A program made the position numbers and the translations under genes. Under the pieces are notes generated by a model. It searched no databases. It was given only the letters and a program-made list of their open reading frames with translations, and was not told where the DNA came from. A DNA stretch of 63,692 bases, counting the filler, from Octopus bimaculoides (taxonomy: Eukaryota), in NCBI RefSeq assembly GCF_001194135.2. It is 5 parts of 3 records of this genome, joined end to end, with 100 filler letters (N's around TTAATTAATTAA, not from the genome) between each part and the next. Parts side by side here need not be neighbours in the genome. Positions count along the whole stretch, not along the records: positions 1 to 29,510 come from NC_068987.1; 4 more parts are not named here. One strand, written 5' to 3'. Below are positions 13,408-25,884 of the stretch, piece after piece (position 1 is the first letter of the stretch; each line of letters starts with the position of its first letter).

Positions 13408-13941
13408 ATGATTGTCATTCCTACCTCACTGCTGATCAGTCTAGGCTCACAAGAAGCAGTTAGAAGAAATCAATAGCAATTTGCCACATGTAGGAGTGTG
13501 CAGGGTCTCTACCGAATAAGGAAACTATGAAATAGAATCTTTCTTCAGCATTACATTTGGTCGGTATTCCATGACCATGCAATAAGAGTCTGTTGCAGAA
13601 AAACAACATTTTTGTTTATAACAAAATCCACCAGCCGAGAGGTAGGGGTCATTAGCTGTAACTTACCTGTTAAATGGTGCTCGGTTAATTGAGATTGCCT
13701 TGAGGTCATAACAATGGCTTATGACACATATAGAGCCTTAAACCTAAATTCTTCTTACATGAAAAAGAATAAATGCGAGAAAATATAAAACAAGTGATGA
13801 AAAAAACATTAAGCTTTATCAGAAGGCTTGTTCTCTATTCTAAAAAGAAAGGAAAAGAGTCAAAGATGGATGATTCGTATCCATGCTAAAAGTAACAAGA
13901 AACAGTATAACAGTTAGATCGATAGGTTGTACTGCAAGTAC

Positions 13942-13991
<50 letters not shown>

Positions 13992-14749
13992 ACACACACT
14001 TATTTAATATACCTTTATTCATCTCACTTGTCCGAGTTCATAATACTGACTATTTTGAATTATTTGCCTTACCGCATCTATGTTCTAATTGTGTAAATAC
14101 CCATGTTCCTTTTGTACATATCGACGTCTTATAATTTACGTATAGACAAGATAGAACACCTGCTGTGCTAATGATACATACCAAGGCAGAAAAAACGTGT
14201 CTTTAATGGCGCACCATTTCTGGAGAATATTCAATTATCGAGATTGCTCCTCCTTTTCATTCAAAGTCGATCGTAATTACTACAATCTGTTTCTTTATTT
14301 TCCCTCGAACTGAAAATAATTCCACTAAACTCAGAAATTATCTGGAGTAGAATTTAACAGACACTTGCTGTCGTCTTTCATGTCTGTAATCATACCACTG
14401 GCTGTACTGCGTTATTTCTCTTAGCTTATGTGCGTGTGTATGTGTGTATATGTAAGTGTACGTGTGTGTATGCACACAGCTACGTGTCTAAGAAGTTCGT
14501 TCTATAGCCACCTGGTTTCCATTTCGATCCCACTATGTTGTGCCTGGGGCAAATGCTTTATATCATATTTCTGGTCGACACAAAGCTTACGAATAGAATT
14601 TACTAAATCAAACGTTTAGCTCTCCGTATAGCCGTTACTTATGCAAGATTATCATCAGGTAACTAAGAGTCAGGAGCTACGTTCTAACTTAATTTTCGCT
14701 AATTTCATTTCACTAGGTACAATCGTTAATCTATTGCATTTGGTACGGG

Positions 14750-14866
14750 ATTACTTTCTGAGTTCAAATTTCATTTAGGTCGACTTTGCCTTTCACTCTT
14801 TCGGGGTCGAAGAAGTCGACTATCATCTCCCTCCAAATTTTAGACCTTGTGTCTATAGCAGAAAGC
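14750..14866 (+). mobile_element. SINE family B fragment, tail type 2
   Basis: ctgagttcaaatt..gtcgactttgcctttcac..ccttgtgtctatagcagaaag. Confidence 0.8.
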
Positions 14867-15042
14867 ATTGCTGTTCATTTCCCATATTTTTTATGAGTCA
14901 ATGGGAGGATATCGTTGGTTGCATTGGTCACGTCATAGCTTGAACTTTATTTTATCGACACGGTAATGATGAAAGAAAAAGTTGATGCCTGTAAGATTTG
15001 AACTCAGGGCATAAATTCAGCTCAATCAAACTTATTTCTAAT

Positions 15043-15490
15043 ATTAGTTTCTAATTTTGTTGCAAGGCCAGCAATTTGGGGGCTGTGGTAAATCGAGTGT
15101 ATCGATCCCAGGACTCAGATAGCACTTGTTTTATCAACACCGAAAGAATGAAAGTAAAGTCGATCTCCACGGAATTTGAAGTCAGAACGTAAAGACACGA
15201 AATTAGGCTAAACATTTTGCCCGATGTACTAACGATGCTATCAGTTCTCTTCCCTGTACTGATTTCTAATATTGGTTTCAAATTTTGGCACAGGGCCAGT
15301 AATTTCAGGGAGTGGTAAGTCGATTGCATCCATCCCAATATTCAGCTGATACTTATTTTATCGACACTGAATGAATGAAAGGCAAAAATCGACCTAGGCG
15401 TAATTTGAAGTCAGAACATAAAGACAGACGAAAGGCTGCTAAGTATTTCGTCCGGTGTGCTAATAATTCTGCCATCTCACCGCCTAAATG
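15043..15490 (-). mobile_element. Two head-to-tail SINE family B copies (another fragment at 14900-15010)
   Basis: Repeated tail, core and head blocks at about 15043-15250 and 15270-15490. Confidence 0.85.
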
Positions 15491-16021
15491 CTTTCTAATA
15501 TTGGTACATTAAAAGGTAAAGTCTATTAAATTAAATAGACGCCATTACTTGTCTCGTAATTTAGTTTAGCGATACCAAAAGAATAGAAAGAAACTTGATC
15601 TCTGGATATTTGAACCAAAAGTTTACATCCATTATAATACACTGGGATAGATTTCTTGTTTCTGCTGTGCGAAGAACAGAATAGACGTGTTGACATGATG
15701 CTATGAATTTGATTATTTTTAGATACCAACTTCATTTAAGACTCATTCGGTATAGAAACCAGACAATTCAACGAAGTTGAATATCTATTCCCACTCAATA
15801 AACTGTTTAATTTGTTCTAATTAGATAAGAACAAATTAACCTTCAGTTGGTTGCATGTTGTCATCTATTTTGCGAAACATTCGATAAGGCTACACGTCAA
15901 AAATGATTGATTCATTGATAGTGTCGTGTGTTGGAGACGATGTCTGTAACTGCACAGAAAATGAAGACGTTTCTTGAAGGCTATCGTGTATTTCATTGAA
16001 CAAAATATTGACACAAAGAAT

Positions 16022-16232
16022 TCTTTTACTTGTTTCAGTCATTCAACGGTAGCCATGCTGGGGCACAGCCTTGAAGGATCTCAGTCCATCAAATTTAAAC
16101 CAGTGCTTTCGTTGTTAAAGTCCGACAATTATTCTTGCGCTCTTTTGCCGAACTGCTAAGTTACGGGGCAAACAAGCCACCACCACTTGTCAGGAGTAGG
16201 GTGGACAAACACAAAGACACGCAAATATATGC

Positions 16233-16263
<31 letters not shown>

Positions 16264-16274
16264 CATGTACGTAT

Positions 16275-16305
<31 letters not shown>

Positions 16306-16560
16306 TATATATATATATGTTTTCATCATAACTGTCCGACGAGCGGGGACGTGAAACTCTGAGTAACATTGGTGTGATAATTTTGCAGTTTTAATAAAAA
16401 GTATATGTGTGGGTGTGTGGGTGGGTGTGTACAAACACTTACAAGACGAATTTCCACATTGGTCACACGAGGACTAAAGAAAAGCCACTTTCTCAAGGTA
16501 CTACGTAGTGCGACTGAACTTGAAAGACAGTGGCTGGGACGTTAACTTAACAATCATTCA
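16022..16560 (-). mobile_element. SINE family A, interrupted in its central microsatellite
   Basis: ttcttttacttgtttcagtcatt..gccatgctggggcac..ttttgccgaactgctaagttacgggg; head remnant at 16440-16560. Confidence 0.8.
16331..16370 (+). ncRNA. Type I hammerhead-like motif with a U4>C core variant
   Basis: tgt-CCGACGA-gcg(ggga)cgt-GAA-act(ctg)agt-A-aca: stems I, II and III all pair. Confidence 0.55.
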
Positions 16561-16686
16561 ATCATTCCTGTGACTAGTAAAATTATTCTATAAAAAAGTG
16601 AGTTGCAAATTGTTTTCTTACATTATTAATTTGTCTGATCGTAACAGTATGCGAAAAGATTTATTTATATGCAGATGAAAGCGTGC

Positions 16687-16747
<61 letters not shown>
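16687..16747. repeat. (TAA)n array = (ATT)n tail of the minus-strand SINE-B
   Basis: Abuts cctttctactttaggcacaagg. Confidence 0.9.
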
Positions 16748-16748
<1 letters not shown>

Positions 16749-17045
16749 CCTTTCTACTTTAGGCACAAGGCCTGGAATTTTAGGGTAGCAAGTTAGTCGA
16801 TTACATAGAACTAGTACTTCATCGAACCGAAGGGTTGAAAGACAAAGCCGACCTCTGCAAAATTTCAACTCAGAAGGATGAAATGGTGCTAGGCATCTAA
16901 TGATAATAATATTTTCAAATTTTGGCACACGGCCAGCAATTTCATGGAAGGCCTGGTCGATTACATCGACCCAAATCCTTATCTGGTGGTTATGTGGTTA
17001 TTTTACTGAGCCCGAAATGATGAAAGCAAAGTCAAGCTTGGTGGA
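16748..17045 (-). mobile_element. Two head-to-tail SINE family B copies (tail types 2 and 3)
   Basis: About 16748-16897 and 16912-17045. Confidence 0.8.
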
Positions 17046-17061
17046 AGTTGTCACCGTAGTT

Positions 17062-17098
<37 letters not shown>

Positions 17099-17128
17099 AA
17101 ACAACAACAACAATAATAATAATAATAA

Positions 17129-17960
17129 AGACGTGAAACCAACAAATTGAAAGACCTGGAAGCATTATGGAGGTGGCTTAACAAGGGTGACCTAAACAAG
17201 AATACTGAAAGCCTAATCATCGCTGCCCAGGATCAGGCATTGAATACCAACTTAGTGAAAAAGAATATCTACCACACAAGTGCAACTGACATCTGCAGAA
17301 TGTGTGGGAAGAGGCTCGAAAGCGGGACTCACATTGTTAGTGTTTGTGAAAGTCTTGCAAAGAAAGAGTAAATGCGTAGACTCGACAAGGTAGCCCAAAA
17401 CCTCCACTGGCTACTATGCCGTATGGATATGAGGTTACAGGTGCCTGGTACCAACGTACACCGCAAAAGGTAATGGACGAAAAGGGGAAGGCAAAATTCT
17501 CTGGGACTTCTACTTCCAGACACACAAGTTACTAGAGCACTGAAGGCCGGATATCATAGCCGCTACGAGGGACAAACAAGAATGCTTAATAAATGACGTG
17601 GCGGTACCAGGAGATCGACATATCATCATGAAAGAAAAAGAAAAGATTGATAAATATGGAGACCTGAGAATTGAGATCGTTAAGATGTGGCAGCTACGAG
17701 AGTCAAACATAAATGTTATCCCTATTGTCATCGGAGCATTCGGTCCAATACCATCCAATCTGAAGAAAACATCTGAAAACTTTAGAAATACCCTACAATC
17801 TAGGTGTATTGCAAAAGTAACCATTACTTGGAACTGCACGCATACTGTGTAAAATACTGTCTGTTTGAGGTCCTTGTTGCGACTTTGTAAACAGTACAAT
17901 CCCTAGGTAGACACAATATCTTCAATCAACAACCTCACGATATTGTATACTGAGTGACGC
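17129..17960 (+). mobile_element. R4/Dong-type non-LTR retrotransposon, 5'-truncated, copy 1
   Basis: TESLIIAAQDQAL, zinc knuckle CRMC..H..C, ILWDF, RPD, DVAVPGD..KEKEKIDKY (restriction-like endonuclease), IGAFG; contains stops and frameshifts. Confidence 0.88.
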
Positions 17961-17985
17961 CTACTATAATAATAACAATAATACT

Positions 17986-18813
17986 GGGATAAATTAAATG
18001 CAAAAGAAATAGACAGAGAAAAATCCCAGCAGTGGTTGGGAAGCTCAGGACTCAAAGTAGAGACTGAAGGATTTTTAATTGCAGCACAAGACCAAAGCCT
18101 CCCCACCAGAAATTACCAAAAACATATAATGAAAAGAAACATAACAAGTAACTGCAGAATATGTGTAGATGGAGAAGAAACAATAAATCATATTATCTCT
18201 GGCTGCCAAGTACTGGCTAAGAAGGAATATATTCAAAGACATGACATAGCTGGGACCTACATACACTGGAAGCTGTGCCAACACTATGGAATAACAACAG
18301 AAAAAGATGGTATAGGAACACGCCAGAAAAGGTCACAGAAAACGAGAAAGCAACCATACTCTGGGATATGCCAATACACACAGATAGAGAAATTAAGGCC
18401 AATAGGCCAGATAGAGTTGTCAGATACCATGAAGAAAAAATGCTTTCTAATTGATGTATCAATACCAGCAGATGACAACGTTACTCTAAAAGAAATGGAG
18501 AAACTTTCAAAATACAAAAACCTGGAAATAGAGGTAACTCGAATGTGGAATCTAAAAACAGAAACAAATCCTATCATAGTAGGCGCATTAGGCATGATAA
18601 AAAATTATTCAGACAAATACATAACAAAAACACCAGGACTTACCAGTATCTTTAACATACACAAAATTGCATTACTGGGCACTGCACACATCCTACGCAA
18701 AACACTTTCAATACAGTAACCATAAGAGCATCACAGCAAACCACAGCACATACCCAAGGCACACAGAGCTGCGCTCGGTAGTGAAGTGAAAGCACGTTAT
18801 AAAAATAAAACTA

Positions 18814-18816
<3 letters not shown>
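17986..18816 (+). mobile_element. R4/Dong-type non-LTR retrotransposon, 5'-truncated, copy 2 (different subfamily)
   Basis: ORF 18036-18719: TEGFLIAAQDQSL, CRIC..HIISGC, LIDVSIPADD..KEMEKLSKY, IVGALG, ALLGTAHILRK; 3' UTR ends in (TAA)n. Confidence 0.92.

Positions 18817-18863
<47 letters not shown>
18817..18863. repeat. (TAA)n array shared by the LINE 3' end and a minus-strand SINE-B tail
   Basis: Followed directly by ttctttctactaaaagcacacgg (SINE-B tail, reverse complement). Confidence 0.9.
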
Positions 18864-18864
<1 letters not shown>

Positions 18865-18959
18865 TCTTTCTACTAAAAGCACACGGTTTGAAATTATGGG
18901 GTGAGGTATCGGTTATATGGACCTCAGTCACATCGTGATCCGTAAAAGAAATAAGCTGG

Positions 18960-20335
18960 GAAGAAATTCAAACTGGAGAAATAAAATTTAGAAAGTGATT
19001 GAAATAATGAGAAGGGAAACATCAATACTTAATTGACTAATCTGTGGAAATGATGTAAGATGAAGAGAAAGATATGGATTCTCACTAAGAGAACAGAAGA
19101 ACTGAAACAAAAAGTCCAAATGAACGTTCAAAGGATACGAAGATTTAAGAAAAAGGAACAAGTTTTAAAAGTAAAATAAGCTGTTCACATCCAATGCGAA
19201 AACATTCTACACAGAAATAGAGAAAGAGAAAATAACCGTTGAAGACCCTAACCCACCCGTCCCACATGGAAGAAGTTAAAAACTTTTGGAAATACAGTCA
19301 TGCTAGATGTTGATACATTTATAAAAGAACTTTTAAATACCAAAGAATAAAACGAAGGCACTGGCATTCAGTATGCAAGTATGAAAGAAAAGATGAGGGA
19401 AGAAGAGTTCAAGCAGTTCTGAAATCTGAGCTAAATTCACATAACAAGGTGCTAACCTTAAATTTCTTAACAATTCCAGTTGTTACTTATAGCCGCAATG
19501 TATTGAGCTGGAATGAGTGAAGTAAGGAAATTGATAGAAAGATACGTAAGCTGCTGACTTGTAATATAATACACCACCCAAAAGTAAATATGAATAGTCT
19601 TTACCTTTCCAGAGCCCAAGGAATTCGAGGCTTGATCCAATATGAACTTTCTGACAAAATCATCAAAATTGGGCTAGCGAGATATCTTGAAACAACTAAC
19701 GACTGCATGCTAAAATTTGTGAGGCGTAAGAAGCTTCATTCTGTCATGAAGGAGAATAGAATTATTTGCTTTTGAGTTCATGCATGATACTCAAGCTGAA
19801 GAGCATGAAGGAATGCAGAAACTGTTGTTGCAAGGAAGGTGAAATTAATGGCAAGGAAACTAGGCGTATGAAAAATTGGCTGATAAGTGGGAGCAGAAAC
19901 CTTTGCATGGATGGCAAATATGTGGCCCGTAGCAAACCAGAAGCACACACATTAATGGCTACAGAGCTCAGAAATTAAGGCCAAGAGCAAACCTTTATCT
20001 TAGTTGTTGACGGTCAAAGCTTATGGACCAGGAACTACCAAGCCAATGTGATGAAAAATGGATTAGATCCAAAGTGCCGTTTCTACAATGATGAGATTAA
20101 AACAGTGGACCATCTGATCATTAGAGGTAAAGTTTTAGCGCCAATAGAGCATAAATCGAGACATAACAGAGTTGGCCAATATCTACACTGTTGACAAGTG
20201 ATATAAGCGCCACGCTGAGGCTGTAACTGAAGGAGAGAAATATAACGGTTCTTTGGATCTTTTCAGTACATACCGACAGAACCATCAAAGCTAAAAAACT
20301 GGATGTTTTTGTAAAAGATTGTTTTAGCAGGTACG
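18960..20335 (+). mobile_element. R4/Dong-type non-LTR retrotransposon, internally deleted and decayed, copy 3
   Basis: LKQKVQ..RIRRF..NKLFTSNAKTFY..EEVKNFW; VLKSELNSHNK..IPVVTYS; LYLSRAQGIRGLIQ; TRNYQANV..KCRF..DHLI; LWIFSVHTDRTIKAKKLDVFVKD. Confidence 0.85.
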
Positions 20336-20749
20336 ACACACGCAGAAGAGCATTGAGAAGAGCATTGTCGCCGTCAGTACGATTACAACCTATGTAACTT
20401 TTTCCTTTTTCATTCTTTCTCTTTTTTCTTTGTTTTTTTTCTTTTTCCTTTTTTCTTTTCTTTTTTTATATTTTTGTTTTGAAAGAAGAAAAACTCATAA
20501 CACTAATAATATATGTAATGGATGTCAGACAGACTTGCGGCAGATATCTTCAAAGTAATTATTAACTTTTAAACTGTTTCTCACTTAGTCTTGAAAATTC
20601 TTCTGCTGTTTTCATATTTTATATTTTCTTCCTACAATGATTATATCTGATTAGACTTCACAAGATTTGGCGCCGAAAATATTAGGTCCCATATTAACTG
20701 CACCAGATGTACTCAAAAGACAAAACAGCAGCAATGATAATTATTATAG

Positions 20750-21185
20750 CTGTTTCAAATGTTGGCACAAAGCTCGCAATTTAAGTGGGGAGCGAGCTAG
20801 TATATTACATTGCCCTAATATTTGAGTGGTGCTTTATTTTAGCGAGCCCGAAAGGATAAAAATTAAAATCAACCACGACGGCATTTGAACTCACAACGTA
20901 GAAAGCCGGAAGAATTAACGTAATTCAGTTAGTCCGACAGGCAAACCATTCTACCATTATTATTAATTACCTCCGATTAATTAACAATAATAATAATTCC
21001 TCCTACAATAGGCACAAAATTTTAAATTTGGATGAGGGACTAGTGGATTTCGACTGGTACTTTATTTATCGACATCGAAAGGATGAAAGGCAAAGCTGGC
21101 TCCAATTACATTTGAGCTAAGAGCATAAAGGATGAGAAGAAATAACGCAAAGCATCTTCACCGATGCTCTAACGATTCTGCCAAT
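20750..21185 (-). mobile_element. Two tandem SINE family B copies
   Basis: About 20750-20950 and 20995-21185, separated by TAA-rich sequence. Confidence 0.75.
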
Positions 21186-21209
21186 CCTAAAGATAAATAA
21201 TTGTTTTCA

Positions 21210-21248
<39 letters not shown>

Positions 21249-21318
21249 AACACACATGCAGACACACTCGCACGCACGCACGCATACACAAACACATACA
21301 TACATACATACATACATA

Positions 21319-21367
<49 letters not shown>

Positions 21368-21682
21368 ACATATATATATATATATACTTACATATACGCG
21401 TATATATAACTCAATGATAAGAATGCGGATGCACAAATACACAAACAGTACTCTTCAAGATTTGAGTATGAAATAACGGAAACATATTGCCTGTGAATAA
21501 ATCGTATAGTGACTGTGACATTGCATCAGATATCTTGAAATAGACAGAGATAGAGGACAGAGAAAAATCAGTGTCAGCGTGTGGTTGTAACATCAGGTTG
21601 TAAGGTGGGTGCTTTCTATTACTATATCACCTTTATGTATATCCCATTTATGACATATATATGTGAGATTTTATGACACATA

Positions 21683-22604
21683 CAGGGTGTGATGGGTAAA
21701 TTATCGCCATTTTATATTTTATATTTCACGCATGCGCATGGTATGTTTTTGATGTTGTTGACTACACAGTATAGTAGGATTGGTTGGACACCGCCTGTGA
21801 GAAAAACAGCACTATGACGCAATTCACTTTGCCAGAAATTTGGAAGCGACATACTGTACTGCTTGGTATTCGCGCCGGAAGCTCCAATACGAACATATCG
21901 TGAACACACAAAACAACTGTTGATTGCCGTGTCCCCAAAACATGTGACGATAGTGATGAAAAGCAAACATCCAGCCAGCATCGTGGTGTGTGGAGTGATC
22001 ACTAGTGATGGTGATGTTATGGCTTTGAACAAGCTTCCCCTCCAACCGAACATGCTTTGGTTTTTTCAAAATCATGGTGTTTGGAGTGATCACTAGTGAT
22101 GGCAACGTTGTGCTTCCATTCATCTTCCCACGCGGCCTTAGACTCAACACGAAGGCCTACATCAAGTGCCCGAAGGAGGTAGTGCTTCTCTTAATCAAGA
22201 GGGTGGTTGCTGGAAGACCTATGTCAGACACAGCACTTGGCACCATGCCACACAAGCAGGAGAACCCAGTCATGGCTGTCAGACAATTTCTGCGACCATA
22301 TCCCCCCTGATATCTGGCCACCTAACTCCCGATACTGCATCCCCTTTGATTATTATGTGTGGGGCGCATTCATTAAGGCAGCATTCGCCAACTCAAACAA
22401 GGAGACTGTCCAGAAGAGTTGCAGAAAATTCAGAAGTCGTCTGGCGGCCTTGGTTGTAGCCAATGATGATTTTATTGAATAAATTATACTTTAATATTTC
22501 CAAATATTTTTATGTAATTTTGGTAAATATATCTGTTAAAATGAGATGCGAGTGTTATTTTCATTATTGCGTAATTTAGACGACAAAATATTCACCGCAC
22601 CTTG
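21683..22604 (+). mobile_element. Tc1/mariner DD37D (maT-type) transposon, deleted and rearranged
   Basis: TA flanks; imperfect TIRs cagggtgtgatggg.. / ..caccgcaccttg; MVFGVITSDG, PFIFPRGLRLN, LAPCHTS..WPPNS..DYYVWG with 37 residues between the D2 position (here His) and D3. Confidence 0.88.
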
Positions 22605-22711
22605 TATATGTGAGATGTCTGCTCATGATATCTGTCCTTTTTTTGTATTGAGTGCTTTCCGGATAATATCTGCCGACCCAAGTAAAGCTTTTCCGCACTG
22701 CATCCACACTA

Positions 22712-22801
<90 letters not shown>

Positions 22802-23132
22802 TTTTTAGAGAAGCATAAATCCGGAGAAGCGCACGCTAAAAAGTAGAGCAGTCTATAATATATATATATATATATTAACCTATCTATATAACTGTTTACA
22901 TATCTGTCTATATTTCTGTACGTCTGCCTGTCAGTTTATTTGCTTAACTAATTATTTGTCTGCTTATGTATTTATCTACCTGTTTTACACATTTAACTGT
23001 ATATACTCAATTACAATATCGGCAGAGAACAACTGAAAGTTTATATTGAAATATAGACTTCACAAATACGTTGGCGATACAAATATTGCCATATAACTTT
23101 ATTAAACGATTCATTTAATAAAACGGCATGTG

Positions 23133-23203
<71 letters not shown>

Positions 23204-24148
23204 NNNNNNNNNNNNNNNNNNNNNNNNNNNNNNNNNNNNNNNNNNNNNNNNNNNNNNNNNNNNNNNNNNNNNNNNNNNNNNNNNNNNNNNNNNNNNNNNN
23301 NNNNNNNNNNNNNNNNNNNNNNNNNNNNNNNNNNNNNNNNNNNNNNNNNNNNNNNNNNNNNNNNNNNNNNNNNNNNNNNNNNNNNNNNNNNNNNNNNNNN
23401 NNNNNNNNNNNNNNNNNNNNNNNNNNNNNNNNNNNNNNNNNNNNNNNNNNNNNNNNNNNNNNNNNNNNNNNNNNNNNNNNNNNNNNNNNNNNNNNNNNNN
23501 NNNNNNNNNNNNNNNNNNNNNNNNNNNNNNNNNNNNNNNNNNNNNNNNNNNNNNNNNNNNNNNNNNNNNNNNNNNNNNNNNNNNNNNNNNNNNNNNNNNN
23601 NNNNNNNNNNNNNNNNNNNNNNNNNNNNNNNNNNNNNNNNNNNNNNNNNNNNNNNNNNNNNNNNNNNNNNNNNNNNNNNNNNNNNNNNNNNNNNNNNNNN
23701 NNNNNNNNNNNNNNNNNNNNNNNNNNNNNNNNNNNNNNNNNNNNNNNNNNNNNNNNNNNNNNNNNNNNNNNNNNNNNNNNNNNNNNNNNNNNNNNNNNNN
23801 NNNNNNNNNNNNNNNNNNNNNNNNNNNNNNNNNNNNNNNNNNNNNNNNNNNNNNNNNNNNNNNNNNNNNNNNNNNNNNNNNNNNNNNNNNNNNNNNNNNN
23901 NNNNNNNNNNNNNNNNNNNNNNNNNNNNNNNNNNNNNNNNNNNNNNNNNNNNNNNNNNNNNNNNNNNNNNNNNNNNNNNNNNNNNNNNNNNNNNNNNNNN
24001 NNNNNNNNNNNNNNNNNNNNNNNNNNNNNNNNNNNNNNNNNNNNNNNNNNNNNNNNNNNNNNNNNNNNNNNNNNNNNNNNNNNNNNNNNNNNNNNNNNNN
24101 NNNNNNNNNNNNNNNNNNNNNNNNNNNNNNNNNNNNNNNNNNNNNNNN

Positions 24149-24207
<59 letters not shown>

Positions 24208-24680
24208 TATGCATGGATGTATCACGGAATCGAAACCAACAGAGAACTACATGCACTAAAGCTTACTCGTATTTTGACGCCCACCACATGAAAAACACAT
24301 AGCTGCACCATACTAAGACGTACAATCACGTGTGCCCACAAGCACATGCACAAATACACTCACACGCGCGCAAACACACACACAAGACCAACATGCTGAC
24401 ACTCATATATCAACACTGAAAACCTGAATTCATATAATAAAAAACGGAAACAAATAGCAGGCTTGTTTTGCAATGGCGGTACATTTTCTTGAAAAACTGT
24501 TACATTTCATCAATTAATTAATTAGTTAATCAATGATAAAAATAGGATTACAGCATATGAGTTTTACCGAATATACGAATCAAATTGACTACAGTATACG
24601 TATATATAAACACAAGAAATTCCCTTTCAGAACCTCCTGAAACAAATACAAAAGATATACACACATAGACAGACAGACAT

Positions 24681-24746
<66 letters not shown>

Positions 24747-24750
24747 GCGT

Positions 24751-24795
<45 letters not shown>

Positions 24796-24874
24796 AGTGT
24801 GTGTGTGGGCAAAACGAAAATTAAAACTAAAAATCACAAATGGCAAAACAATAAAAATTAAATGGACGTACACA

Positions 24875-25500
24875 TGCAATGTATTAGTTTGACGCTCAGT
24901 AAAGGTGGAAAAAAGAATAAGCGTGTAATATTTCGAGTATAGCTCTCTGGCAGAAAGAGAAGAAAGGAAAGGTCCGGAGAAGAAGAAAAAAGTTCAAGCA
25001 TGTGTGTTGTTACACGCCCAAAGTGGTGAGAGATAACAAAGTGGTTTTTAAGGAAGGACAGTGCGAAAAGGGACAGTTTGTGCGTGTGTGTTTGTGTTTA
25101 TGTGAGTGATGTATGCATAAAGGAGAGGTGTCGAAGTGGTTTGCGGTAGCTTTTCGCTTTGCTGCCGAGAGAACTGGTATGAGTGGGTGTTGTTTTGTGT
25201 ACGTATATGTTTGTGTGTGTGTGTGTATTAGGGAGTTGGAGCATGTGTGCGTGTGTATGTGTGTGTGCGTATGTGTGTGAGGGCGTGCGTTTGTGTATGT
25301 GTGTACGTGTGTGTAGTACGTGCGTAGTGTAAGTGGGAGCAACTGATAAAAATTTACGAGCGACATGGGTAAGTGTTCGTAAGAGGGTTATCCCGTATGT
25401 GTTCGGTGAATCGTTCAGCAAGTCCGACTCTCCAGCATTTAGACAGTTGCAAACGGTGCATCAGATGAGGTGCGGGAAAAGGAGTCCCAGATGTGGAGAG
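24875..25500 (-). mobile_element. Penelope-like element fragment (repeat family F end plus GIY-YIG remnant)
   Basis: Minus strand LAERFTEHIRD at about 25385-25420; terminal tgtattagtttgacgctc shared with 61432-61450. Confidence 0.7.
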
Positions 25501-25884
25501 TGTACTGGTTAGTTCCAGTGAGAGAGAGGGGGTGTGATAGTAGTAGAGATAGAAGGTGGGAGAAAGAAGGAAGGGTGGTTTTGGTAGTATGGTTGTGTTA
25601 GTTTGTAAAGGATGAGGTAGTGAAAATGGGAACGGCCATTGTTTGAGGGAAATATGTTGAGGGAAATATGTTGACTGGTTCAGTGGCTGAGGGATATTAG
25701 TAAGGTATGTAGAGAGGAATGAGAGGCGATGGAGGGAGATAGAGTGGGAGATGAGTAGGTTGTCAAAATACTAGTTGTTAGTGGGACAAAGGAATCGGGT
25801 ACGTATTGAAGGGGGTGTTATGGCATGGTGACGTGTATGAAATTGAATAGAGGGATATGAATAGGGAGGGAGAGAGCAGAGTGG

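Noticed and set aside
21657-22616. tatatgtgagat on both sides of the DD37D element as a long TSD
   Set aside because: The left copy is not adjacent to the TIR; the canonical TA TSD is sufficient
23041-24302. Long ORFs of 225-394 aa (also 58339-59258 and 62469-63522)
   Set aside because: Made of N-gaps and microsatellites
24925-24960. Hammerhead-like motif in repeat family F (also 61460-61485)
   Set aside because: Core degenerate (CTGCCAGA) or cut by a gap; cannot be supported as a ribozyme
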